From: a virus
Lineage: Duplodnaviria; Caudoviricetes
Length of the DNA stretch: 52,764 bases
Direction: 5' to 3' (one strand)
IMG/VR virus record: IMGVR_UViG_3300032288_004603
Location: 1-52,764 of that record
The notes under the pieces: model-generated
What the model was told of the DNA's origin: nothing
Seen by the model: only the letters and a program-made list of their open reading frames with translations
The model's database searches: none
Position numbers and translations under genes: made by a program
Shown here: one piece after another, positions 1 to 9,540 of the stretch
How the letters are laid out: every line of letters begins with the position of its first letter
Position numbering within the stretch: position 1 is the first letter of the stretch

Positions 1-1
1 A

Positions 2-193
2 AGGGATAAAAGAATTTGGGAAAAGAAAGTCGGTAAATACCACTTCTGTTTACAAATACCAAAGGTGATAACATTAAATACAGCTTATGTAGGTAAACAA
101 TTATTTGGTAGCAGAATCAATTTAACCAGATTATTCAAAAAGGACTATCACGTATATAGTTCATCAGAAAATGAAGTTTATACACAAAATTAA
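2..193 (+). CDS. hypothetical protein, 3' part (truncated by window start)
   Basis: Open frame from base 2 to TAA at 191-193, followed by the next gene at 202. Confidence 0.6.
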   Translation, partial: RDKRIWEKKVGKYHFCLQIPKVITLNTAYVGKQLFGSRINLTRLFKKDYHVYSSSENEVYTQN

Positions 194-201
194 AAATAGA
201 T

Positions 202-438
202 ATGAGTAAAGAAAAAGAAATACCAGAAATAAATTTAAAACTGGAAGAAAAAACGGTGGAAGGTAAAATAATCACAGTACCATACATGATTGTTGAAACA
301 CCATACATCGTTTATTCTGATAAAGATGGCACCAGAAAAATATGGACCAAGAATAAATGGAAAATAGTATTGTGGTATTTATACCGAATAACTAGGATAA
401 ACTGGTTCATTAAAAAATATAATAAAATACCTAGATAA
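202..438 (+). CDS. hypothetical protein
   Basis: ATG ORF of 78 aa, co-oriented and tightly packed. Confidence 0.7.
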   Translation: MSKEKEIPEINLKLEEKTVEGKIITVPYMIVETPYIVYSDKDGTRKIWTKNKWKIVLWYLYRITRINWFIKKYNKIPR

Positions 439-439
439 T

Positions 440-544
440 ATGACAAAAAAAGAAATAAAATCTTGGATTAATAGATGGAAAAAACTAAGCCCATCAACAC
501 AAAAAGATATGACCATAAAAATTTGGGAAAAATTATTAAAATAA
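440..544 (+). CDS. small hypothetical protein (34 aa, MTKKEIKSWINRW...)
   Basis: Read manually; ATG 1 nt after upstream stop; ends before next promoter. Confidence 0.55.
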   Translation: MTKKEIKSWINRWKKLSPSTQKDMTIKIWEKLLK

Positions 545-593
545 ATTTGGATAATTAAAATATTATCATACACTAATTAAAAAAATAAAAACA

Positions 594-866
594 ATGACTA
601 GAGAAAAATTAACAAATGGAAATAAATGGTGTCACATTTATACAGATACCGATGGTATTACAAATTACCACAATACCGAAACAAATGAAACTTATAGAGT
701 TATTCCTGATAAATCAGCATTAGGATTTCATCTTGAATATTATAAGGATGCAGAATTAAAAGTAAGAAATTCATTTTCATTTTATGAATTAAAATCACTT
801 GCATTATTAGCTGGAAGTAACCACTTGTTGAATAGTTTGGTGGGTGGAGAACAAAATGAAAAATAA
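594..866 (+). CDS. hypothetical protein
   Basis: ATG ORF with A-rich leader. Confidence 0.75.
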   Translation: MTREKLTNGNKWCHIYTDTDGITNYHNTETNETYRVIPDKSALGFHLEYYKDAELKVRNSFSFYELKSLALLAGSNHLLNSLVGGEQNEK

Positions 867-921
867 ATTTGGATAAGTAAAATATTATCATTATCTTTGT
901 ATAAACTTTAAATAAGATATT

Positions 922-1542
922 ATGTCAACAAAAAGATTAACAGTTGGTGATAAAGTTAAATTCGTAATAGAATATAGAACTATTAAGAAAGGCAAAACTG
1001 AAGAAGAATATTATAATGAACTGCGACAAATTAGACGTGAAAAAAAATTAACCAGTGAAGACTATAATAATATCCTCGATAAATATTATCAAAAAAAAAT
1101 TAAAACAAAATCAGGCATAAGTGAAATAATTAAGGTTGATAATTATTATCATAACAAAGATAAAGAACTACCAATATTCTATACATTAGCAAATAATGAA
1201 ATAGTTTCTGATTCTGATATAGAAAGAATACCAATACATCAAAAATTCTCAGAACTATTAAATAAATCATATCGAACCGATAGCTTCTTCACAAGAAGTG
1301 GATTATTCTATAGAATAGGAGATACCATAATATTAGAATATATTACCTCAACAAAAAACGTATGGGTGGATAAACTAATAGCTGAACAATTTGATGAAGA
1401 AGAATATAAAGACATAGAAAAAGAAATAAGAAGCTTCTTCAATGACAAAGTAAAAAATGTTAGCTTCGGATTAGAACTAAATAACCATGTAAATACATTG
1501 AAGAATTCAATCAACCAAATACTAAAAGAACATAATTTATAA
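922..1542 (+). CDS. hypothetical protein
   Basis: 206 aa ORF after TTTGG...TATCTTTG promoter (868-899). Confidence 0.8.
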   Translation: MSTKRLTVGDKVKFVIEYRTIKKGKTEEEYYNELRQIRREKKLTSEDYNNILDKYYQKKIKTKSGISEIIKVDNYYHNKDKELPIFYTLANNEIVSDSDIERIPIHQKFSELLNKSYRTDSFFTRSGLFYRIGDTIILEYITSTKNVWVDKLIAEQFDEEEYKDIEKEIRSFFNDKVKNVSFGLELNNHVNTLKNSINQILKEHNL

Positions 1543-1552
1543 TAACGTAATT

Positions 1553-2146
1553 ATGAATGATGAATTAATAGACTTGTATAAAAAAGCGGTATACGCATTC
1601 AAAGAAGTTGATGATTATGAAGAATTGAAACCAGAAATACCATATGACTATTATATGGAAAAATTATTTAATATTATAGATAACGGAGATAATATATTAT
1701 GCGGCCCACCAAGTGAAGATTTAATAGAACTATATATACTATACGGTATAGATTATAGTGGTGTTGAATATTATGATTTTCTATGGGAAGAGTTTTGGGA
1801 ATCTTATACTAACATTAAGAAAAATAATTATTCTAAGTTTACAATATTATTAGAATCATATGAATATATAGATTTTTGTCTTCATGTAAAAAAAGAATTA
1901 CCTAAATTAAAAAAAGGGCAACCTTCTAATTTAGAAAATATAAAATTAATTGCGGGTGAATTGAAGTTGAATTTTGAACTAGAGGAACAATTAGCTATTG
2001 AAGAAGAAGATTATATGATTGCTGGTAATAGTGGAGTACCAGGACCCAAGTGTTCGGATTGTGGTAGTACATACACCGAATATATGTCAGAAGATGTTTG
2101 GCACTGTGGTAATTGTGATGAATTTTTTGAACCAAAAATATGGTAA
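1553..2146 (+). CDS. acidic protein with C-terminal zinc ribbon
   Basis: CSDC...CGNC pair at the C-terminus. Confidence 0.75.
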   Translation: MNDELIDLYKKAVYAFKEVDDYEELKPEIPYDYYMEKLFNIIDNGDNILCGPPSEDLIELYILYGIDYSGVEYYDFLWEEFWESYTNIKKNNYSKFTILLESYEYIDFCLHVKKELPKLKKGQPSNLENIKLIAGELKLNFELEEQLAIEEEDYMIAGNSGVPGPKCSDCGSTYTEYMSEDVWHCGNCDEFFEPKIW

Positions 2147-2168
2147 ATAAAATAATCAGCACCCTCTT

Positions 2169-2186
2169 ATATACACAAAAGTGTAC
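2169..2186 (-). repeat. oriented palindrome GTACAC-N4-GTGTATAT, copy 1
   Basis: atatacacaaaagtgtac; same motif at 2771, 3277, 12322, 22184, 27827. Confidence 0.8.
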
Positions 2187-2770
2187 ATGAATGTCTGTCG
2201 CCATTCATGGCGTAAACGCACATAGGAAAATAATAACCACTACCACAAATCCCCTTAGAATATTTTTTCTCTGGGGATTACTTTTTTATATACTTTTTAG
2301 CCCCTTACAGACACTATCTTATATGTTCCTTATTCCTAGAATATAAATGTACTTTTTGTACCTTGTATGCCACGTTATGCTTTTTTAGGTACATTTAAGG
2401 GTTTTGTGGAAATTGGTGGGAGAAAGTGGGATTTTATGCTAAAACACGGTACAGGAAATTTGGGGATATAATTAAATACCCGCATTTATGCGATTACAGT
2501 CTGACTTGTAAAGAGATTTTATAAAAAATTTTCTGTAATTTTTTTGAATTTTGACACAAAAAGAAAAGGTTCCCCACTTTTTACCACTGGGAAAAACCGT
2601 ACCTAAAAGATATGTTATTTTATATTACATTCTGTTTTATTTAGTTCATTAATTTGTTGTTGCAATTCATAAATTTCATAACCTAGGTATGCTGCCCAGA
2701 TAATTAAAACTCCCATAACCATTTTGAGAATTCTTTCCACAATTTTAAATCCCATATTATATTATTTTAT

Positions 2771-2788
2771 ATATACACAAAAGTGTAC
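2771..2788 (-). repeat. oriented palindrome GTACAC-N4-GTGTATAT, copy 2
   Basis: atatacacaaaagtgtac, identical to copy 1. Confidence 0.8.
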
Positions 2789-2802
2789 ATGGGTGTGGTT
2801 GG

Positions 2803-3267
2803 TCATCCTTTCCACCAGTAGTCATTAATTAAAGTTATGTCGAGTTCCCATTCGTACTTACTTCTTTGGGCCCAGATATCAAAAGCATCTTCCAGGAATT
2901 TGGTAGCTTGTTTTTCTGACATGTTATTAACTTTGATAAGTTGATTAATAACGATATTAAGTTCATTATTAATTTGAGCCAGGCCAGGGTGTTTACATTT
3001 GTGACAGTATGGACATAGAGCGATGAGACCTGTTAAGGTCTGTTTTTTATTTATATCATCATAGTGCCAGATTTCGTGGCATTCGACATTATGTTTATAG
3101 CCTTGGTTCTTTCCAGTGTCGCCACATACTTGGCAGACGTGGTTTGCTCTATCATAGCATAAGTTTCTGAGCGAGTCCCATTCTGATTTGGTGACATTGC
3201 TGCGAACGTTTGTATACCAGCAAGTTTTTGGTACCAGTTCGATGGTAAGTTTATAATCCTGTTTCAT
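2803..3267 (-). CDS. HNH endonuclease-family protein
   Basis: CQVCG...ECHEIW...ALCPYCHKCKH zinc/HNH motifs; ATG start MKQDYK preferred. Confidence 0.75.
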   Translation of the reverse strand: MKQDYKLTIELVPKTCWYTNVRSNVTKSEWDSLRNLCYDRANHVCQVCGDTGKNQGYKHNVECHEIWHYDDINKKQTLTGLIALCPYCHKCKHPGLAQINNELNIVINQLIKVNNMSEKQATKFLEDAFDIWAQRSKYEWELDITLINDYWWKG

Positions 3268-3276
3268 ATTAAAAAT

Positions 3277-3294
3277 GTACACAAATGTGTATAT
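3277..3294 (+). repeat. oriented palindrome GTACAC-N4-GTGTATAT, copy 3
   Basis: gtacacaaatgtgtatat. Confidence 0.8.
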
Positions 3295-3351
3295 GCGCCC
3301 GCATGGGGAGTTGTTATATAATCGTATTTTATATTTTCATAATTATAAATT

Positions 3352-3420
3352 AGTAAAGGCCCACACATGGCGGGCCTTAAGTTAAGTGCGCCTGGAAGAG
3401 AAACTCAGGACTTTAAGGAC
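3352..3420 (-). ncRNA. putative small RNA with its own promoter and terminator
   Basis: Minus-strand TATATTTG -7 box (3423-3430), CCUG/CAGG hairpin with CU-rich loop, then AAGGCCCGC/GUGGGCCUU terminator-like stem; no ORF. Confidence 0.45.
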
Positions 3421-3502
3421 TACAAATATAGTAATAAAAAATCAAAGATGCAACTAAATGGACATATTTTTTATATGTGTTCAATTATTTTATATTATGT
3501 GG

Positions 3503-3549
3503 ACGTATATTATATTTTAGTGTTGTACGTATATTATATTTTGGTGCTG
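3503..3549. repeat. 24-bp period tandem duplication
   Basis: acgtatattatattttagtgttg / acgtatattatattttggtgctg. Confidence 0.7.
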
Positions 3550-3650
3550 ATATTATAATGGAAAAAAATTTCCAAAAGATTTGGTTTAGTGGAAAAAATT
3601 TGTTATCTTTGTAGGTTGGGGTGGTTTATAATGGAAAAAATTTATATAAA

Positions 3651-3712
3651 TAGGTTGGAGTCTACTCTCCTATCACCTTTGGGGTGCCAGCCCGTATGGT
3701 TGAATAACCTAC
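3651..3712 (-). ncRNA. dispersed structured sRNA, copy 1
   Basis: Minus-strand TACCTTTG promoter, then GGGCUGGCACCCCAAAGGUGAUAGGAGAGUAGACUCCAACCUA. Confidence 0.75.
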
Positions 3713-3816
3713 ACTACAAAGGTAAGAATAATATTTTTAATATCCTAGTAAAATAAATTTTTTTTTCTAATTTTTTTTTCTTACCTTTGTATTGTCTAAT
3801 TATTAAAACATATATT

Positions 3817-4047
3817 ATGAAAGATTTATTTGAAACACCCGAATTAATTCCCGACAATGTTCAAGCGGTATTGGAAACCTTTAATGAGGATTGTGATAAT
3901 ACCTATCACGAATTGGATAGGATATTGAGTGAGATTGAACCTTTGGGTTATACCTTTGATTATTATTTGGACGCAGAGCCTTATGGGTTAAGACCAATTG
4001 AAATGGAGTTGGTTGAATTGGAAGGTTGGGAACATATTAATGATTAA
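3817..4047 (+). CDS. acidic hypothetical protein (cassette gene)
   Basis: ATG after promoter-leader repeat; track TTG start lies inside the promoter. Confidence 0.8.
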   Translation: MKDLFETPELIPDNVQAVLETFNEDCDNTYHELDRILSEIEPLGYTFDYYLDAEPYGLRPIEMELVELEGWEHIND

Positions 4048-4050
4048 AAT

Positions 4051-4110
4051 ATTTGGATAATTAAAATATTATTCTTATCTTTGTATTGTCTAATTATTAA
4101 AACATTTATT
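4051..4110 (+). promoter_or_regulatory. representative Bacteroidota-type promoter and leader
   Basis: atttggataattaaaatattattcttatctttgtattgtctaattattaaaacatttatt before ATG. Confidence 0.85.
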
Positions 4111-5217
4111 ATGAGAAAGCAATTTAATGAATTGGTTGAAACATTGAAGCGTTGGGATTTGTACCAAAAGGACGATGAGGTTGATACGGCATTGACTAAT
4201 TTGGAAAATAAAATTGATGAGGTTGAGAAACGCATTGAGTGTGCGGTGCGAAGTTCAGCAGAAGCTAACAAGTCAATTTTACTTTATACTGAAAGGGTTG
4301 ATAACAATGAAACATTTCAAATGAACGTTGATGACCATGATTCAATTTTGAGAGGTACAAACGATGTGCTAATTGCGTTGAACATGAACGATACTGAATG
4401 TATTGATTTCAATTGGTATTGGTTATTTCAACCAAAGGAAGAACCTAAACCAATTGCAGTAGGAAATATAGAATACGATTTTCCCGAAGAAGTTTATACA
4501 ATTGGCAATGCTGATAATACTGATATAGTTGGTGATGTATATGAGAGTGATTTTATTAAACTTTGTGAATTAGGTTTAATATGGTGTGAGAGTGATAAAT
4601 TATTTCCAATTGGTGGGGGCAACAAAACAAACTATGTTGTTCGAAACAATGAGTTTATTCCAATTGTGAAATTAAAACAAATTGATTTGAGCAAAGTACC
4701 AATTAAGAATGAAGTATTTATGACTTTTGAAAGCAGTTGGGGTGAGATTGATTGTGACCGAGAGGGCAACGTGATTGAGATTAGAGGTGATGAGTATATC
4801 AATGGTGAAAGGAATTATATGTTTGACATTGATAAATTTGATTTGGTTGAGTATGGTAAGTTTTGTGAAAGCAAAAATATTACCATGGGTGAAGCTGATG
4901 ATATTTTGGTAGTAGGATTTTGGAATAAAGATTATACATATAGTGAAGCTGATATGGTTTGGAGAAAAAATATGTTTGATGATAATGATGATGATGATGA
5001 AATAGGTGCGCCGACACAATTATGCATTGACTATACTAAACATCAAATAGTAAATAATATTATTTCTCAATTGAAAGATATTGAAGTTGACGGTGAAACC
5101 ATGGAATACATATTGAAACAAGTTGGCATGGGAGACCAAGTATTGAAGCAGTTATTTGCCCAAACGACAAATGATGAAATTGATTATTTGCATGATGTGA
5201 GAAACGGAAAGGGTTAA
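4111..5217 (+). CDS. acidic hypothetical protein
   Basis: 368 aa ORF from ATG after the repeat. Confidence 0.85.
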   Translation: MRKQFNELVETLKRWDLYQKDDEVDTALTNLENKIDEVEKRIECAVRSSAEANKSILLYTERVDNNETFQMNVDDHDSILRGTNDVLIALNMNDTECIDFNWYWLFQPKEEPKPIAVGNIEYDFPEEVYTIGNADNTDIVGDVYESDFIKLCELGLIWCESDKLFPIGGGNKTNYVVRNNEFIPIVKLKQIDLSKVPIKNEVFMTFESSWGEIDCDREGNVIEIRGDEYINGERNYMFDIDKFDLVEYGKFCESKNITMGEADDILVVGFWNKDYTYSEADMVWRKNMFDDNDDDDEIGAPTQLCIDYTKHQIVNNIISQLKDIEVDGETMEYILKQVGMGDQVLKQLFAQTTNDEIDYLHDVRNGKG

Positions 5218-5321
5218 ATACTATACTATATAAAATAATTTAAAAAAAAGTGAGATTTTATTTGGAAGTCTCACTTTTATTTTTTACCTTTGTATTGTCT
5301 AATAATTAAAACATTAAAGTT

Positions 5322-6089
5322 ATGTATTCAAAACCGTTATTATCTAGCAACAATGCTAAAACTGTAAAAGGAGAAAAAAAGAATTTCAAAACGTTTATTC
5401 TTTATATGTCACCTTTCACACAAAATTCTAAAGGGGTTAACCTTTGCCCTATGGCAAGTGAGGGGTGCGCAAGTGCTTGTTTATTTGAGAGTGGGTTTGG
5501 TGGAATTTACACTACTGTAAAACAAGGTCGTATTGAAAAGACTGAATTTTATCTTTCAAATAGAATAGCATTTTTGGATAAGTTGGTAGCTGAAATTTCC
5601 AAGTTAGAAAAGAAGTTTAAAGATAGCGAATTTACTTTAGCTATTCGTTTGAATGGTACAACTGATATTTCCTATGAGAAACAAATTACTAGTAATGGTA
5701 AAACAATTTTCGATACGTTTCCTAATGTACAATTTTACGATTACACAAAGAACTATACACGTTTCAAAAAAGTGTTACCTAGCAATTATCATTTAACATT
5801 TTCACGTTCCGAAATTAACAATGATATTGCAATAGATTTGTTAAGCAAAGGACACAATGTTGCTATGGTATTTGATAAGTTACCCGAAACTTATTTAGGT
5901 TACAAAGTGATTAATGGTGACGAAACTGATTTACGTTTCTTAGATGATAACAATGTAATTGTTGGTTTGAAGTACAAAAAAGTAACTGGCAAGGGTGGTG
6001 CTGAAAAAAACAAAGAAGCTATGTTGGACGGGTTTGTAATTGTAACACAAGCCAAGGTAGATAAAAAGAAGTTAAGTAAGGTTGCTTAA
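5322..6089 (+). CDS. Gp88-like protein (Cys-cluster, radical-SAM-like fold)
   Basis: CPMASEGCASACL, RLNGTTDI, FYDYTK and NYHLTFS motifs typical of the phage GP88 family. Confidence 0.75.
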   Translation: MYSKPLLSSNNAKTVKGEKKNFKTFILYMSPFTQNSKGVNLCPMASEGCASACLFESGFGGIYTTVKQGRIEKTEFYLSNRIAFLDKLVAEISKLEKKFKDSEFTLAIRLNGTTDISYEKQITSNGKTIFDTFPNVQFYDYTKNYTRFKKVLPSNYHLTFSRSEINNDIAIDLLSKGHNVAMVFDKLPETYLGYKVINGDETDLRFLDDNNVIVGLKYKKVTGKGGAEKNKEAMLDGFVIVTQAKVDKKKLSKVA

Positions 6090-6173
6090 TTAGACAAAAA
6101 AAGTGGCATTATAATTTGGTAGTGTCACTTTTTTTCTTTATCTTTGTATTGTCTAATTATTAAAACATAAAAC

Positions 6174-6407
6174 ATGAAAGCTTTAAATTTTTTATTGCGT
6201 TCTGAAATCACAGATGTAGATATATTAAATAATATTTGTGATGATACCAAGGCGCTTTTAATTGATGAGGATAATTGTTGGATTGAAATTTCTGACAATG
6301 GGTTCTTTGTCCCTGATGGTTGGAGTGGTACTAGAACCAACGATATTGTCGAAGCAAAAACGGCTTTGATTAAATTTAAAATTGATAACGAAATTTCTTT
6401 ATTTTAA
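6174..6407 (+). CDS. hypothetical protein (cassette gene)
   Basis: ATG after repeat. Confidence 0.8.
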   Translation: MKALNFLLRSEITDVDILNNICDDTKALLIDEDNCWIEISDNGFFVPDGWSGTRTNDIVEAKTALIKFKIDNEISLF

Positions 6408-6467
6408 TTTGGAAATATAGAATAATATTATTATCTTTGTATTGTCTAATAATTAAAACATAATCTT

Positions 6468-6716
6468 ATGGCTACAAAAAGAGAATTAGCTGAAAAACAA
6501 ATTGAGTTACAATCAAGAATGATTGCATTATCCAATGTTAATCTTGTAACGTGTGGGCATTGTGGTAGCATATTGTTACACGAATTGAACGATGAAGATA
6601 TTGAGTGCTTCGCTTGTCAGAGTGTTTTAGACCAAAGTGATTGTCCCGACTTGTGGTATGAGGGTTGCCAAAACAATAGTGAGTTTGATGAGGATGAGGA
6701 TATTCAAAGTGTCTAA
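6468..6716 (+). CDS. small zinc-finger protein
   Basis: CGHC...CFAC motif; ATG after repeat. Confidence 0.8.
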   Translation: MATKRELAEKQIELQSRMIALSNVNLVTCGHCGSILLHELNDEDIECFACQSVLDQSDCPDLWYEGCQNNSEFDEDEDIQSV

Positions 6717-6735
6717 TTATATAAAACAAAATAAA

Positions 6736-7023
6736 ATGGAAAGTATTGAATACAAGGGTAAGAAATATCCTACACGATTATTCATTGTTGATAATCCCGA
6801 ATTTGGTGAACACCAAACAATAAGAATTGCAACTGATAGTTTGGATATTGCTATGGGTAATCATTTAAAACACGGTGAAGAAGAAACAAAGGTTGATGAC
6901 CAAATTTATTTCTATGTTGAGGACGAAGTAATTGAATTGTCTGCTGAAGAAATTTGTGAAAATCATTTGGATGTTCCTATGAAATTTATTGAAGAAATTA
7001 GTGAGGAATATTTGGAAAAGTAA
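6736..7023 (+). CDS. hypothetical protein
   Basis: ATG (MESIEYK) after leader-only remnant gtctaattatataaaac. Confidence 0.75.
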   Translation: MESIEYKGKKYPTRLFIVDNPEFGEHQTIRIATDSLDIAMGNHLKHGEEETKVDDQIYFYVEDEVIELSAEEICENHLDVPMKFIEEISEEYLEK

Positions 7024-7070
7024 AAAATTATTCTTATCTTTGTAGTGTCTAATAATTAAAACAAAAGAAA

Positions 7071-7430
7071 ATGGAAAATCTAGTATTGGAAAAACAAATT
7101 GCATTCTTTTCACAAGACTATTCTGATGCAATGCAAATTGAAACTTTGAAAATTCACATTACCCCAACTGATGTTGAGAACATTCGCAAGGCAATGGAAC
7201 TTGTTAAGGGTAACGATTTTATTTCAAGCATTCATATTGACTTAAACGGACACGTTGAGTATTTGAATGATGAGGGGGTTGAAGTTGAGGAATGGAGAGT
7301 TGATGTTGAAAGGTTTGTGGTATATAGTGATAGTGCTTACTACTATGCACAAAACAAATGGCATTCGGGCGACCAAATTGAAAGTGATTCTATTGAGTGT
7401 GATGATTTGGGTATTGTTGTAAAGGCATAA
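7071..7430 (+). CDS. hypothetical protein (cassette gene)
   Basis: ATG after repeat. Confidence 0.8.
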   Translation: MENLVLEKQIAFFSQDYSDAMQIETLKIHITPTDVENIRKAMELVKGNDFISSIHIDLNGHVEYLNDEGVEVEEWRVDVERFVVYSDSAYYYAQNKWHSGDQIESDSIECDDLGIVVKA

Positions 7431-7514
7431 ATAATTTTGAAAATAATCCATGGTTTATTTGGAATTGTGGATTATTTTCCTTATCTTTGAAGTGTCTAAT
7501 TAAAACAATATAAC

Positions 7515-7889
7515 ATGAAAAGTTTCAAAGTAAGATTTAATTTGGGTAGAGGTAAGAACTACATGAAGTGGAAAATCCAACACCCTGATGGTACAATTGA
7601 GTATCATTCACCAACAGATATTCAGCTATTAATGCATGACTGTATCCTCAAGAACCATAAGAAAACCGCACAAAAGATTTACGATGGAGGAGAGAAGGTT
7701 GTGTGTGCATGGGTTCTTTGCAAGTCACTAGCAATTAAGAAAGAAGCATTCATTCAAGCGGATACACACGGAGAAAGAATACGTTATAATCCGCGGGTTA
7801 CACCGCATTGGATTCTGGACGGTGAGAATGTTGATGGGATGTCAGTGGACAAGTTGGTTAGTGTGGATTTTGGATTATATAAAATATAA
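7515..7889 (+). CDS. hypothetical phage protein
   Basis: ATG after repeat; RFNLGRG and RYNPR motifs. Confidence 0.8.
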   Translation: MKSFKVRFNLGRGKNYMKWKIQHPDGTIEYHSPTDIQLLMHDCILKNHKKTAQKIYDGGEKVVCAWVLCKSLAIKKEAFIQADTHGERIRYNPRVTPHWILDGENVDGMSVDKLVSVDFGLYKI

Positions 7890-7901
7890 AACAATATTAT
7901 T

Positions 7902-8228
7902 ATGGATAATATTTCAGATTTAGATGTAGCGAAGAAATTAGTAGCTATTAAGACTTCAGCTGATTCCCGTGGAATTGAATTCAATTTAAGTTTAAAAAGG
8001 GTTCGACAGTTATTAAATACAAAACGATGTTTTATTAGTGGGGTGAAATTGAACCGTATCCAACAAGACCCGAACCAACTAACATTTGACAGGTTGGACA
8101 ATAGCAAAGGGTATACGGACGATAATGTTGTTGCCTGTTCACTGAGAGTAAATAGATTGAAGGATTCGTTAACCATTGAAGACATAACGATGTTATATAT
8201 GGCGGTTCAGAAAAAAAATAAAAAATAA
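7902..8228 (+). CDS. HNH-fold (His-Me finger) nuclease-like protein
   Basis: RGIEFNLS...CFISG...TFDRLDNSKGYTDDNVVAC...N pattern. Confidence 0.6.
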   Translation: MDNISDLDVAKKLVAIKTSADSRGIEFNLSLKRVRQLLNTKRCFISGVKLNRIQQDPNQLTFDRLDNSKGYTDDNVVACSLRVNRLKDSLTIEDITMLYMAVQKKNKK

Positions 8229-8264
8229 TTTGGTTAATTAAAAAATAATTTGTATCTTTGTATT

Positions 8265-8390
8265 GTCTAATTAATAAGCAACTTACACGACAAAAAAGAT
8301 TAAGGGTGGCAAGCTTATGTTTTAAATTAGACACCAAGAGGGCAACACATAAATTCTACAAAAGACCACCCGTTGTGTTGCCCTTTTATT
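8265..8390 (+). ncRNA. putative anti-leader small RNA
   Basis: Promoter repeat followed by no ORF; contains gttttaaattagaca (reverse complement of leader tgtctaatttaaaac) and AGGGCAACAC/GTGTTGCCCT stem + T run. Confidence 0.5.
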
Positions 8391-8405
8391 TAAATCCAAA
8401 ATAAT

Positions 8406-8627
8406 ATGTATACTTTTAAAAATGTCGTATTACAGAGAGAGCACAAAGAGTTATTAGATAGTATGGTAGACCTAGATAAGGGAACGTTAGGAGGACACTC
8501 CATAGAAATAGTAACAGACGACCCGATATCATACGAAAGCTTTTTGTACCAAGGACGAACGGCAGAATCAGACAGAGACCATGATTTTAGAATTTTGGAA
8601 GAATTAATGAAAAAAACCACCGAATAA
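8406..8627 (+). CDS. hypothetical protein
   Basis: ATG ORF of 73 aa. Confidence 0.7.
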   Translation: MYTFKNVVLQREHKELLDSMVDLDKGTLGGHSIEIVTDDPISYESFLYQGRTAESDRDHDFRILEELMKKTTE

Positions 8628-8686
8628 TTTGGTGGTTTTATTTTTTTTTATTATCTTTGTATTGTCTAATAATTAAAACATAAAAT

Positions 8687-8971
8687 ATGGCTGGGCATTT
8701 ACCTTTAGTTACAACTGATTTTCATGTTAAATTGGTTGAGGAATTTAAAAACAATCGAGAGTTACAAACTGCTAAATTCTTTGATAGAATAAGAGTTGAA
8801 GGGTTTGAAGGATATTTTCAAAGATTACCCGAAGAATATAACATGGATGAAGAAACTGGATTAAAAGATAATCATATATTCTTTTATTGTGGAAATGAAA
8901 TGAATGATGAATATTTTGAAATTCATTTGGATGATAAACTAAAAATTAACCAAGTTTATTTGGTAATGTAA
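8687..8971 (+). CDS. hypothetical protein (cassette gene)
   Basis: ATG after repeat. Confidence 0.8.
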   Translation: MAGHLPLVTTDFHVKLVEEFKNNRELQTAKFFDRIRVEGFEGYFQRLPEEYNMDEETGLKDNHIFFYCGNEMNDEYFEIHLDDKLKINQVYLVM

Positions 8972-9020
8972 GATATTATTCTTATCTTTGTATTGTCTAA
9001 TTATTTAAAACAATATTATT

Positions 9021-9287
9021 ATGGCAAAAGCATTTAGACCACAAGTAATTGTTAATGTCCCTAGAGACTACAATGGTGAATTTGGGGATAGTGTATCAAA
9101 CGGACACATTCAAAGACAATTTGCTACGTATTCGGAAGTAAAGAAACGCATGAGAGATTTGTTAGAAGTTTCAAAGAACAATGAGGTTTCTGTATACAGG
9201 CACAGGAGAGGTGAATGGGGAGAATGGTTTGAGAAGTGGGCGATGATTAATGGTAAACCACAGATTTTCAAACAAGGTTGGCAATAA
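9021..9287 (+). CDS. hypothetical protein (cassette gene)
   Basis: ATG after repeat. Confidence 0.8.
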   Translation: MAKAFRPQVIVNVPRDYNGEFGDSVSNGHIQRQFATYSEVKKRMRDLLEVSKNNEVSVYRHRRGEWGEWFEKWAMINGKPQIFKQGWQ

Positions 9288-9304
9288 TATAAAACAATAT
9301 TATT

Positions 9305-9478
9305 ATGGAAGTAGTAGCATGTAAAAAAGAATTTAGTGAGGGTAAGCGATTTGGTTACACCATTAAGCATAACCAGCCAATTGGTTGGTTGGGAACAACA
9401 GGTGATTATATTGGTTGGTATCGTTACAAAACGCATGCAATCGAAAGAATGCAAGAATTGAAAAAAAGTTTGAAATAA
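9305..9478 (+). CDS. small hypothetical protein (57 aa, MEVVACKK...)
   Basis: Read manually; leader aaaacaatattattATG. Confidence 0.7.
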   Translation: MEVVACKKEFSEGKRFGYTIKHNQPIGWLGTTGDYIGWYRYKTHAIERMQELKKSLK

Positions 9479-9540
9479 ATTTGGATATATCAATTTATAT
9501 TCTTATCTTTGTATTGTCTAATAATTAAAACTTATAAATT

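Noticed and set aside
3367-3558. 63-aa ORF
   Set aside because: Runs through a hairpin, an opposite-strand promoter and a tandem duplication; no leader.
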